Positions 17,155 through 27,176 of a DNA stretch of 64,000 bases are shown piece after piece. How positions within the stretch are numbered: the stretch's first letter is position 1; each line of letters starts with the position of its first letter. The stretch is from the IMG/VR virus record IMGVR_UViG_3300022934_000004. One strand, given 5' to 3'. This DNA is from a virus. The notes beneath the pieces were generated by a model. That model was given only the letters and a program-made list of their open reading frames with translations. It searched no databases and was not told the origin of the DNA. Both the position numbers and the translations under genes were made by a program.

Positions 17155-17164
17155 GGAAGTTTAC

Positions 17165-18127
17165 ATGGCTGAATTACAATTTCCTATCTCAGGACAAGAC
17201 AAATACAAGGGTCGAATTAGATTTGACGTATGGAGAACCATTCCTCCCACAATAACTCAAAGAGCTCAAAGAGCTGTAAATGATGCAATATCCAGCGCTG
17301 ATGCAGCGTTAGGTGGAGGAACACCTATTATAAGCTCAAATGATCCAAATGATCCACGTGGTCCTAATCAAATTCCATCTTTAGATGATCCAAATGTGGG
17401 TATTGGCTCAGGGGCATTTGTTGGCAAATCACAAGAAATAAGAACTGGTAATATGTGTAGCATCTACATGCCACAGTCAATACAAATTCAAGATGGTGTT
17501 CAAATTGAAAACGTAGATTTAGGAGTGTTTGGATCTACACTTGAAGCAGGATTGAAAGCAGGCACCGCACCTTTAGAAGCATTAGTTAATTCAGCCGGAG
17601 CTACGTTTAGTTCAATTGCAGATTTTTTTAGAGGTAATTTAACACAAGATGCAGCTAGAGCAGCTGCTGCAAGGCTTTCGGGGATGGTCAGTGATGGTGC
17701 TATTAGTGGAGCAGTTAGATCAGCACTTCAAACTACACCAGCACCAAACACTAGAGCAATTTTTAAAGCTGTAAACATTAGAGAATTTTCTTTTCAATTC
17801 ACTATGATTCCAAAGACTCAAAGAGAAGCTCAGGAAATTGTCAACATTATTAAATTTTTTAGGACTGAGTTATATCCTGAAACAATTAAAGCTGGAAATA
17901 TTCCTGTAGCATATAAGTTTCCAAATAAGTTTGCCATATCAATTGAGTACGATGGTAAGTTAGTGGCAACTCAAATATTAAAATCATATTTACGTAATTT
18001 TCAAACCAACTATAATCCTTCTTCAATGGCATTTTTTGAAGATGGAAATTTCCAAGAGATTCAGATCGCGATGAGTTTCGTAGAATCCAGAACATTGGAC
18101 AAAGACGATATTGCTGGAGGTTTCTAA
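17165..18127 (+). CDS. gp48: Baseplate tail-tube cap gp48
   Basis: IYMPQ, PNTRAIFKAVNIREFSFQFTMIPK..EA..IIKFFR, YKFPNKF. Confidence 0.82.
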   Translation: MAELQFPISGQDKYKGRIRFDVWRTIPPTITQRAQRAVNDAISSADAALGGGTPIISSNDPNDPRGPNQIPSLDDPNVGIGSGAFVGKSQEIRTGNMCSIYMPQSIQIQDGVQIENVDLGVFGSTLEAGLKAGTAPLEALVNSAGATFSSIADFFRGNLTQDAARAAAARLSGMVSDGAISGAVRSALQTTPAPNTRAIFKAVNIREFSFQFTMIPKTQREAQEIVNIIKFFRTELYPETIKAGNIPVAYKFPNKFAISIEYDGKLVATQILKSYLRNFQTNYNPSSMAFFEDGNFQEIQIAMSFVESRTLDKDDIAGGF

Positions 18128-18873
18128 TGGCTTATTTTCGAAATTTTCCTATCACTAATTATCAATTCGGTGATTCAAAAAATATTACTGCTATTCAAGA
18201 TCTCACCGCATATATTGATATAATTGATAGAGTAAGAGACGATGCTGCATTTTACCAAATGTACACAATCCTTCCAAAAGAAAGACCTGATTGGCTATCT
18301 TTCAAGCTTTATGGTGACACTAGATTCCATTGGACATTTTATTTACTAAATGATAAAGTCCGCCGTCAAGGCTGGCCTTTAGATTATAATCAAGTAGTAG
18401 AAAAGGCAAAGAAAGATTATCCTAACGAAACATTTACATTTGATGAGTTAATGCATGATCAATTTCTTGTAGGCACTACATTTGAAGGATTAACAAGCGG
18501 AGCAACTGGAAAGATTCTAAGAAGAAATCTAGACTTAGGACAAATTACATATGAAAGAACGAGTAGTTCTAGCTTTACAAGCGGTGGAGAGGTAGTCGTT
18601 CAAAAAGATACGTTTGGCAATGTCACGAATAGTGGAAATGGTACATCATTTGTAAAAGAATATCTTGCAGCTCATCATTATGAAAATGCTGATAAAGAAA
18701 CAGTAGACATTGATCCATTAATTGGACCAGGTGTTCTTTTAACAGAAATTACATACTTGGACAGATATGAACGAGCTAATGACGAGCTAAAAGAAATTAA
18801 AGTACTTAGACCAAATGTAATTAATGATATTGACCAAGCATTCCAAGAAGCATTAACAGGTACTGATGGATGA
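18127..18873 (+). CDS. gp53: Baseplate wedge gp53
   Basis: YFRNFP, ERPDWLSFKLYG..FHWT, WPL. Confidence 0.88.
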   Translation: MAYFRNFPITNYQFGDSKNITAIQDLTAYIDIIDRVRDDAAFYQMYTILPKERPDWLSFKLYGDTRFHWTFYLLNDKVRRQGWPLDYNQVVEKAKKDYPNETFTFDELMHDQFLVGTTFEGLTSGATGKILRRNLDLGQITYERTSSSSFTSGGEVVVQKDTFGNVTNSGNGTSFVKEYLAAHHYENADKETVDIDPLIGPGVLLTEITYLDRYERANDELKEIKVLRPNVINDIDQAFQEALTGTDG

Positions 18874-20177
18874 GCGAAGCAACACCCTTTGATTTTGAAA
18901 TCGTTAGTGCTGTTGTGTCTGCAAACAGAATGTCTTTTGTAGTAGACTTAGCACGTGTCATTTCAGAAATTAATATATTTGAACATGTCGATAAACCATT
19001 CTTAACTGGAAACATTTTGTTCAATGACAATGCCGGTCTCTATAATGAGGTAAACTGGCAAGGAACAGAAACACTTTCACTTACTATCCGCACTGATCAA
19101 TCTGGTGATTTTACTATCAATCGTAATTTTCGAATTACGAATGTCAAGCAATCAATAAAATCTAATGATAATAACGAAACGTTCTTGATGGAATTTATTG
19201 ATGAGTATGCTTGGTTATCATCAACTATCAATGTTAATAAAGCATATCAAGGTAAGTGTAAAGATATAATTACCGGCATTGTAACCGATACCCTTGGCAT
19301 AGAAGTTATGAGTCAAAATAAACCTGATGCGTACAAAGACATGCGAGTCTTAGTTCCTAATATGTCTCCACTTCAAGCAGCAATGTGGATAAAGGATAGA
19401 GCACGTGATGTATACGGATCTCCATATTTTCTTTATGCATCGATTGCTGATGAAAGATTACGATATATTGACTTAGAAACAATTCTTTCTCTTGGACCAC
19501 TTAATAAAGGTCGAGACTACATATTTGCTCAACCATTTGGTTCACAAAGTCCAAAAATGGATTTCGAAGATCAGTGCTTTATTATACAAACTTATAGACA
19601 ACCTGAATCCGAGAACCTACTTAGGTTATCAAATCAAGGGTATGTTGGTGCTGAATGGGAATTTGTAGATCCTATCAAAGCTAATTCATATAAAATTAAG
19701 CATGATATTCAAAAATCATTTAGCAGTATGGTGACAAGAGGCGTATTTCCATCAACACAAAACGTACCAGTATATGATAATTCCTCAGGCTTACATACCT
19801 CAACTGCTAGACATATAACACAACTTGCTGGTAGTCGGACATATATTGGAGCAAATAATATTTATGAAGCTGAAAACAGCATGGAGCACCAAGAAAAAGT
19901 TACATCAAAAGCGTTAAGAAATTTTCTCTTAAAAAGTCCAGTAGACATAAACGTACCAGGCAAAAATTTCTTCTTAAGAAGAAAAAATATGACAATTGGT
20001 AACACAATAAATGTGATGTTTCAAATTAATGATGATACTGATGGTGGAAATGTTGTAGACTATAAGAGATCAGGTCAATACATGGTGTATTCAGCAAGAC
20101 ATGTGTTCACGGCAAATAGATACACTGTAAACTTAACTTGTGCTAAACTAGCCACAGGTTCTAAACGTGGAGTATAA
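18870..20177 (+). CDS. Baseplate hub protein (gp27-like)
   Basis: Position between gp53 and gp5; INIFEH, INVPG, SGQYMVYSARH. Confidence 0.6.
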   Translation: MSEATPFDFEIVSAVVSANRMSFVVDLARVISEINIFEHVDKPFLTGNILFNDNAGLYNEVNWQGTETLSLTIRTDQSGDFTINRNFRITNVKQSIKSNDNNETFLMEFIDEYAWLSSTINVNKAYQGKCKDIITGIVTDTLGIEVMSQNKPDAYKDMRVLVPNMSPLQAAMWIKDRARDVYGSPYFLYASIADERLRYIDLETILSLGPLNKGRDYIFAQPFGSQSPKMDFEDQCFIIQTYRQPESENLLRLSNQGYVGAEWEFVDPIKANSYKIKHDIQKSFSSMVTRGVFPSTQNVPVYDNSSGLHTSTARHITQLAGSRTYIGANNIYEAENSMEHQEKVTSKALRNFLLKSPVDINVPGKNFFLRRKNMTIGNTINVMFQINDDTDGGNVVDYKRSGQYMVYSARHVFTANRYTVNLTCAKLATGSKRGV

Positions 20178-20179
20178 CT

Positions 20180-21124
20180 ATGAGTTTGTTGGATGATAGA
20201 ATTCCTAAAATTATAGAAAATCACCACTATGGTGATGAAACAAGATGGTGGCTAGGGAAATGTATAAATAATCGAGATCCAGATAAATTAGGAAGAGTTC
20301 AAGTTAGAATTTTTGGTATACACTCCGGAAGTCAAGCCGACATGCCTACATCAGTCCTACCTTGGGCACAGTGTCTAACTCCAAGCACAGAAGGTGGAGT
20401 GTCTGGAAAAGGAAGATATTCAAAAATATTACCTGGTGCTGAAGTGTTTGGAATAATGCTTGATGGTAAAAATTCACAGTGTCCACTTGTACTTGGTACG
20501 TTACACTATAAAGAAAATGGATCAGGCCGAGTACCAAAACATTCAAATGCTGGCCGACAGGATAGAGTCTATGATCCAAGAGGTCCACATCAAATACCGG
20601 GTTACGATAGCGGTATACCAAATGGTGAAATAGATACTGCACTATCAGGTGGCACAAATGCTGAAAAGATTTTTAACTTCTTTACAGCTCAAGGATTTCA
20701 ACCGAATCAAGCTGCAGCATTTGTTGGCAATTTCTATGCTGAATCGAACTTAGATCCTAAAGCTCTAAATCCTAATGACAAGGGAAAGCCTGCGTTTGGA
20801 TTAGCTCAATGGAGAGGTAGTCGTTATGATGACCTAATAACATATTCTGAAGAGGTTGGATTGCCCCCTGACTCACTTACAACTCAACTTAATTTCGTTA
20901 TGCATGAATTAAATACAACCGAAAGCCAAGCGCATGGTAAAATAAGAGCGAGCGGATCAGTTGGAGATGCTACGACTGTAGTAAGTAGATATTATGAAAG
21001 ACCTGAATTTACATTAACAAACGGCGCATATAATAGTCCAAGCTTACCTACTCGTCAAAATGTAGCAATGGATGCATATAACAGATTTGCTTCGAATGGA
21101 GTAGCAGTTGGTGGAGGTAACTAA
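20180..21124 (+). CDS. gp5: gp5 N-terminal OB domain fused to a phage tail lysozyme
   Basis: DPDKLGRVQVRIFGIH..LPWA..FGIMLDG..PLVLG; QAAAFVGNFYAES..FGLAQWRGSR..YERP. Confidence 0.85.
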   Translation: MSLLDDRIPKIIENHHYGDETRWWLGKCINNRDPDKLGRVQVRIFGIHSGSQADMPTSVLPWAQCLTPSTEGGVSGKGRYSKILPGAEVFGIMLDGKNSQCPLVLGTLHYKENGSGRVPKHSNAGRQDRVYDPRGPHQIPGYDSGIPNGEIDTALSGGTNAEKIFNFFTAQGFQPNQAAAFVGNFYAESNLDPKALNPNDKGKPAFGLAQWRGSRYDDLITYSEEVGLPPDSLTTQLNFVMHELNTTESQAHGKIRASGSVGDATTVVSRYYERPEFTLTNGAYNSPSLPTRQNVAMDAYNRFASNGVAVGGGN

Positions 21125-22683
21125 TGAGCGTGAACGTACAAATTTCTTTACCATCACTAAATGAAGTTCTTGGAAATATTCCAGCATTTTCACAGTTACA
21201 AAAAGTAGAAAGTGAAATACAGAATGCTGCAAATCAATTTAGCTCAGCACTACAACGAGGAATGGTCTTAGGTAGGTCAAGAACTACTATCAATGGGCTA
21301 GAATCTCTTACTTCAAATGTAGATTTAACGAACACAGGCCTAGGCATTAACGTCGCAGCCGAGTTCAATTTTGGAGTAGTGCGTATTAGAGCATCAATGC
21401 CAGGATTCTCAAATATTCTAATCAATACACAAAATTTTTCTGCTGATTTGAGATTAGTCACTGGAAGAACAACTTTTCCAACATCATTTGAACCAAATGA
21501 AATCGTTATTGCAAGCACTTCAAGAGCAATCAAATCGAATGTTCACAACATTACAGGCAAAACGCCTAACTATGACAAAATCGTTGCAGATACCATAGAT
21601 CCACAATACAGTTCATCTGCAGCAGCTGCATACAATGCAGTTAACACTACAACAGGTGCATTAACTGAAATCGTAAATTCGGTTTCATCATCTGTGAGTG
21701 GCTTATCATCAACCATTTCGACTTCGCTTGGTGATGTATCCGTTACATATGGTAAGCTCGATAATGCTGCATTACAAGTCGATAACTATATCGAAAGAGA
21801 AATCCGTTCATTGACAAGCAATACAATACCAGAAGAAGATGTTAGATTCGCTACACAAGCAATTGCAGATGGTCGGCCAGAAGTTGCAGTTCAGATTATG
21901 CAGCCGTACTCTACAGTTGACTTTGCAAAGCTAGAAGAAGACGTTCATGCTGTGCCATCATCTCCAACAAGTCAAATCGGTACTCCATCTGGTACACAAA
22001 CGACTGTATTAGGTGGTGGTCTTGGTACATCAACTCACACACCAAAAGTCATTGGTGGTGAAACTGCGGGATGGCAAGGTCGGTCTACACCTTCAAACTG
22101 GTCAGGATTCAACGAAGTCAATTCAATCGAAGAATTGATTGCAGAATTTCTTCAGTGCAAAAGACCAATCACAGAGTTCGTTGTTCATTGGACAGCTCAC
22201 TACCTCGATTCAGAAGGAGTGGGAGCTGCACGTGTTCACCAAGATATGATTAGTCGAACAGATATTCAGTTTGCAGGACTAGGATATCACTACATTATCA
22301 AGAGAGATGGTACAATCGAAAGAGGTAGACCGCTCGGAATTCAAGGAGCACATGCTGCTGCTGGAGGACATAATAAGCATTCAATAGGAATATCTTTCGT
22401 TGCAGGATATAATTGTACGAGTGGTACACCGAATCCGAATAAGTTCATTAGTGCAGATTCAATTACGAGTCCTCAGTTTGCGGCATTCGATGACTGGTGT
22501 AGAGCATTCTATCAAGTGTTTCCAGCTGGTCAAGGATTCGGTCATAATGACACTGATCCGAATCGAAAAGTCGATCCGGGATTCAATGTACCTGAATATT
22601 TAGAGACAAAATTTGGCAAAAGAAATGTGATCGCCGCGGCACAAGGTCCGCTTTCACCTGAACAACTGACAGCAATAGTATAG
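21124..22683 (+). CDS. Baseplate-associated N-acetylmuramoyl-L-alanine amidase (T7-lysozyme/Amidase_2 type) with long N-terminal region
   Basis: VVHWTA, GYHYIIKRDGTIERGRP, GAHA, SIGISF, GHND..KVDPGF. Confidence 0.82.
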   Translation: MSVNVQISLPSLNEVLGNIPAFSQLQKVESEIQNAANQFSSALQRGMVLGRSRTTINGLESLTSNVDLTNTGLGINVAAEFNFGVVRIRASMPGFSNILINTQNFSADLRLVTGRTTFPTSFEPNEIVIASTSRAIKSNVHNITGKTPNYDKIVADTIDPQYSSSAAAAYNAVNTTTGALTEIVNSVSSSVSGLSSTISTSLGDVSVTYGKLDNAALQVDNYIEREIRSLTSNTIPEEDVRFATQAIADGRPEVAVQIMQPYSTVDFAKLEEDVHAVPSSPTSQIGTPSGTQTTVLGGGLGTSTHTPKVIGGETAGWQGRSTPSNWSGFNEVNSIEELIAEFLQCKRPITEFVVHWTAHYLDSEGVGAARVHQDMISRTDIQFAGLGYHYIIKRDGTIERGRPLGIQGAHAAAGGHNKHSIGISFVAGYNCTSGTPNPNKFISADSITSPQFAAFDDWCRAFYQVFPAGQGFGHNDTDPNRKVDPGFNVPEYLETKFGKRNVIAAAQGPLSPEQLTAIV

Positions 22684-22692
22684 GATAAGAAA

Positions 22693-24711
22693 ATGACAAC
22701 CGAAAAAGATGACTTACAGGACAGAATTGCTGCTCAAGGACAAGGAAAAGTCAACTCAGATGGCCGTACATCAGACGCCTGGGGTGATGCAAGTGGTATA
22801 TATCCTCAATATGGACCAAACGAATCAGGTGTCAATCGTGCTGCACGTGGCGAAAAAATCAATAATCTGGATGTCAAAACCACTGTTCCAAACGTAGAGC
22901 ATAATATCACACAAGATGTTGCATCAATATATCCAAAGTCAGATGTCAACGAGTCAGAAACAGGACACGTCATTGAGATTAATGATACACCCGGTGGCGA
23001 AAGAATTCTCATACATCATAACACTGGTGCAGGGTTCGATATTCGTCCTGATGGTACAATCGTCATCAATTCAAAGAACAATAACGTCGAATCAACGGAC
23101 GGAAACAAGTATATGGCAATCGGCGGAGATGGTAAAATCACTGTCTTCGGTAACCTCGATCTTGATGTTCGCGGAGATATGAGTGTCAAGGTAGGTGGAA
23201 ATCTCAATTGGAGAGTCAATGGATCGATCGTTGGAAGCCTCGTTGGCTCAATGATTTCTCGCATATCGGGATCAGTTCGGAGAGTCATCACAAAAAATCT
23301 TCAAGATCAGGTTCTGGGTAATATCTTCAGCCTCGGTCTTGGTGGGCTTACAAGCTATGTCAAAGGCGATTACAAAGTCGTCAATCACGGTGCGATGTCA
23401 CTCTTCTCAAAAACAAAAACAAGAATCTCATCAGAAGAAGAACTCGACGTTGCATCAAACAATATCAATATCGGAGCAAGAGATCTCACAGCAATCGGAG
23501 ATACTGGCACAATCGGCGGACAGAACATTATTTACTATGGCTACAATGGCCATTTCCAAAAATCTCTCTATGCAGAATCGATGTCAGCAGATACCTTTCA
23601 TGGAGATCTTACAGGTACAGCAACCGGAGCAGTTCGAGCAGGAACTGCATCTTTCGGCGCTTCTCATGGCGGATCCGTTACAAATACTGCTCTTGATACA
23701 AAAGCTACTGTCCTTCCGACTGGTGCATTAATGAACGATTTCCTTGATAATTCAGAAGCAGGTATCACAAAAATTAATATCGATCCAGATGGATCTCTTG
23801 CAGAAGGTATCGATGGTACAAAACTCAATGGAGGAGTTACAGATAGAGAACTCACGACAGAAGAAACAAGAGCAAGACTACGGAATCCAAACCATCTCGC
23901 TAATACAGACTTCTATACGAGTCAAGTAGCTGCAGGTAACCTCGCACCTAATTTTGCCAACTCATCTCCTTCGTCCATAGGGAGAGTCATCGCTACTACT
24001 GATAATACCTATACAGGTGAAAACCCTATTGGCCAATTGCCAGAAGATGGATTCCGTGGTACCACATTCTCTCAGACAGAATCAGCAGGCCAAGCCCGTA
24101 ATCTTACGATACAGGTAGAAGGACGGTATAACCCTAGTCGTTGGACTTCTATTATACCGAATACACCACTATCGAATAAGCTTACTCTGGCCAACTTCCT
24201 TGGTGGATATGGAGATGTAGCGAATATAAACCATATTACAGACCTTGAAGAAAGAAGACAGATTCTTCGAAACCTCTTGCCCCATACAGGATTTGTTAAT
24301 CTATTCAACACCTTAAAGAGTATGGCAGGACACAATCTAGTAATCACAGAAGGGCTGTACCGACCTAGCGAGACTGAGACAATAGATCCAGATTCTATAT
24401 TAGATCTAAGGCAGACTGGTAGAGCGGTTGCTTATGAAGTACATAACAATACAACAGGATTACTATCACCAGAGAAATTATTTGATTTTGCTCGATTAGT
24501 CAAGAATGCAAGTCAGTTTAATGAACTCTCGCTTAGATATGATACATTCGATCCAAGTGGCAACCAACATGTTTCTCTTATAATAACGACACCTGTTATA
24601 CCAGAGGATCTCACAGCAAGATTCGAACAGAAGCTATCGACATACTATAACGAGGTACTACAGTCAGCCACATCGTTAGTCGAAATGAGACCTGCAGTAG
24701 GGGGCTTTTAA
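22693..24711 (+). CDS. gp5 C-terminal beta-helix spike protein with a C-terminal extension
   Basis: YP...SETGHVIEINDTPGGERILIHH.TG; VxG 8-residue repeats. Confidence 0.78.
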   Translation: MTTEKDDLQDRIAAQGQGKVNSDGRTSDAWGDASGIYPQYGPNESGVNRAARGEKINNLDVKTTVPNVEHNITQDVASIYPKSDVNESETGHVIEINDTPGGERILIHHNTGAGFDIRPDGTIVINSKNNNVESTDGNKYMAIGGDGKITVFGNLDLDVRGDMSVKVGGNLNWRVNGSIVGSLVGSMISRISGSVRRVITKNLQDQVLGNIFSLGLGGLTSYVKGDYKVVNHGAMSLFSKTKTRISSEEELDVASNNINIGARDLTAIGDTGTIGGQNIIYYGYNGHFQKSLYAESMSADTFHGDLTGTATGAVRAGTASFGASHGGSVTNTALDTKATVLPTGALMNDFLDNSEAGITKINIDPDGSLAEGIDGTKLNGGVTDRELTTEETRARLRNPNHLANTDFYTSQVAAGNLAPNFANSSPSSIGRVIATTDNTYTGENPIGQLPEDGFRGTTFSQTESAGQARNLTIQVEGRYNPSRWTSIIPNTPLSNKLTLANFLGGYGDVANINHITDLEERRQILRNLLPHTGFVNLFNTLKSMAGHNLVITEGLYRPSETETIDPDSILDLRQTGRAVAYEVHNNTTGLLSPEKLFDFARLVKNASQFNELSLRYDTFDPSGNQHVSLIITTPVIPEDLTARFEQKLSTYYNEVLQSATSLVEMRPAVGGF

Positions 24712-24840
24712 ATGACAGGAAAAAGCCATATACCGAGCCGAAGGCCATGATAACGAGGTTGTTAATACTCAGAAAAAAGTTCAGTAGGTTCACCGAAAAT
24801 TTTTTTTCTCACGAGAAAATACTACCCCCAGGGTTTACTA

Positions 24841-24848
24841 TATAAATA
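24841..24848 (+). promoter_or_regulatory. Late promoter TATAAATA
   Basis: Exact consensus upstream of gp25. Confidence 0.8.
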
Positions 24849-24868
24849 GACAATAAAAGGATACACCA

Positions 24869-25312
24869 ATGGCAAGAAGATCGTTCGCAGTAGAGGATGG
24901 AAGTTTAAATACTCCGGCTATTGTTACGAGTAGAGCCCGAGCTTATACGGATATCGATCTACTGTTTAAAGCCAAGGGGAACGGAGATCTATATAAGAAG
25001 AATGATGCTGCCGCAGTAAAGCAAGCAGTCAAGAATCTAATACAGACTAACTTCCATGAGAAGCCGTTTGCTCCTTACTTTGGTGCGAATCTGAGAAACA
25101 TGCTTTTTGAATTAGCAGGGAATGATGTAGATTATATTGTACAAGAAGATATAAAAGCTGCCATTGCTAATTACGAACCAAGAGCAGAAGTAGTAGGAAT
25201 AGATGTCATTGCTCGACCTGATAATAATAGTATCGGAGTAACGTTGACTTTTAGAGTAAAGAATACGGACGAGAATGTCGTTTTAGAAACATCAATATCA
25301 AGGTTAAGATAA
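24869..25312 (+). CDS. gp25: Baseplate wedge gp25
   Basis: YTDIDL, AVKQAVKNLIQT..EKPF.P.FG, NYEPR. Confidence 0.9.
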   Translation: MARRSFAVEDGSLNTPAIVTSRARAYTDIDLLFKAKGNGDLYKKNDAAAVKQAVKNLIQTNFHEKPFAPYFGANLRNMLFELAGNDVDYIVQEDIKAAIANYEPRAEVVGIDVIARPDNNSIGVTLTFRVKNTDENVVLETSISRLR

Positions 25313-25313
25313 T

Positions 25314-27176
25314 ATGGCAACAACAGTTAGAAGCACAGCACTTGATTTCGATAGAATAAAGACAGCGTTAGCAAAGGATCTTGCGGCGAGTAACGAATTT
25401 CCTGACTTTGATTTCGAAGCAAGTGGTATCAGTAACATACTGGATGTCCTTGCGTATAATACTCATTTAAATGGTCTGATAGCAAACTTTGCTACGAATG
25501 AGAGTTTCATGCGCACTGCGCAACTCCGGTCTTCAATCGTATCAAGAGCAGAAGAACTTGGTTTGAATATTCGCAGTAACACAGCGTCCTCTGCAGTACT
25601 CCGTATATCAGTCAATCTATCGACTCTACCAGTTCTACCAACGACAATTAAACTACCACAATATACAGAATATACAGCAACACTTGATGGAGTTACATAT
25701 TCCTTCTATACTCTTGAGGAGTACACCGCAGAGAATAACGGACAAGGAATCTATACCTTCGAAAATGACTACGGAAATGGCGTAGGAGATGATACCGATT
25801 ATCAGATACCTGTCTATCAGGGTGATATTAAAACAAAGAATTTCTATGTAGGTACATCAGATGATTACCAAGTATATGTGATTCCTGATACTCAAATGGA
25901 TACTTCCAGTGCAAGAGTATATGTCTATGATACTCCTACCTCAAATTCTTATGAAGAATATACAAGTATTACAAAAGCGATTACAGTTAATTCGAGCTCG
26001 ACTTATTACGATCTCCGCGAGGCGCCTAACGGCGCCTATGAACTTACCTTCGGAGATGGACAGACCTACGGTAAAGCACCAAGTCCAGGATCAAAGATAG
26101 TCGTAACATATCTGAGACCAGATGGAGAAGATGCAAATGGGAGTGCAGACTTCTTTCCACAGAGTACTTTAACTTATTCAGGCGTGCAATTCGATCAGGG
26201 TGTTACAACATTCAGTAATTCAACAGGTGGAAGAAATAAACAAACGATCGAACAGATACGCCAAACAGCGCCGATCGCGTTTGCATCTCAACAAAGACTT
26301 GTAACTCCTGAAGATTATCAAGCACAGATTCTTTCAAACTTTTCTCAAGTTGATGAAGTCGCAGCGTGGGGTGGACAAGATAATATTCCTATTGACTATG
26401 GAAAGGTTTATTTAAGTCTTCAGTTTGATGATGGAACTGATGCAAATACGCAGACTCGTGTCAAAGCGAAGATTGTATCTGATCTAACAGATAAATTATC
26501 AGTAACATCAATCACACCGAAGTTTGTCGATCCAATAAATGTTTATCTTGAATGTACTGTTGATTTTAATTATGATCCAGATCTGACAGGACTCACTGCT
26601 GGTAACATGGCAACAAAGGTGACAAACATTGTTACCAATTACTTCAATACAATTGATGGATTTGAAAAAACATTCCGTCGATCAAATATGTTAACTACAA
26701 TTGATGAAGCCGAAGAAGCAATCCTTTCTTCAAAAGCGGATGTAAAAATGAGAATGAGATTTGAACCAGAGTTTGGATCTACCGCAACTTTTGCATACAC
26801 TATTAATTTTCCAGTTCCACTCGCAGAACCTGATGATGTAAATTATATCATACGGACAACAAACTTTGAGATTACAGGTGGAACAGCATATATCCGTAAT
26901 AAACTGAATAGTACTCAATTAGAACTCGTAAATGCAATAACGAATGAAGTTATTACTTCAAATGTTGGAGATTACTATGCTAAGAAAGGTGAGGTTTGGA
27001 TTTCAGAGATTACACCATTAAGTTCTTCTTCAGGTGGAACTTATATTGAAGTGAGAGCGACTCCATATAATCAATCAGTAATTAAACCTTTACGTAATTA
27101 TATTATTAAACTTGATAAATCCCGGCTTGTTACAAATGCTTTAAGAGATGATCAGAATACGAAAGTAACACTCTAA
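25314..27176 (+). CDS. gp6: Baseplate wedge gp6
   Basis: LDFDRIK, DFDFEASG..LDVLAYNTH, ESFMRTAQLRSS, QRLVTPEDY, YGKVYL. Confidence 0.92.
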   Translation: MATTVRSTALDFDRIKTALAKDLAASNEFPDFDFEASGISNILDVLAYNTHLNGLIANFATNESFMRTAQLRSSIVSRAEELGLNIRSNTASSAVLRISVNLSTLPVLPTTIKLPQYTEYTATLDGVTYSFYTLEEYTAENNGQGIYTFENDYGNGVGDDTDYQIPVYQGDIKTKNFYVGTSDDYQVYVIPDTQMDTSSARVYVYDTPTSNSYEEYTSITKAITVNSSSTYYDLREAPNGAYELTFGDGQTYGKAPSPGSKIVVTYLRPDGEDANGSADFFPQSTLTYSGVQFDQGVTTFSNSTGGRNKQTIEQIRQTAPIAFASQQRLVTPEDYQAQILSNFSQVDEVAAWGGQDNIPIDYGKVYLSLQFDDGTDANTQTRVKAKIVSDLTDKLSVTSITPKFVDPINVYLECTVDFNYDPDLTGLTAGNMATKVTNIVTNYFNTIDGFEKTFRRSNMLTTIDEAEEAILSSKADVKMRMRFEPEFGSTATFAYTINFPVPLAEPDDVNYIIRTTNFEITGGTAYIRNKLNSTQLELVNAITNEVITSNVGDYYAKKGEVWISEITPLSSSSGGTYIEVRATPYNQSVIKPLRNYIIKLDKSRLVTNALRDDQNTKVTL

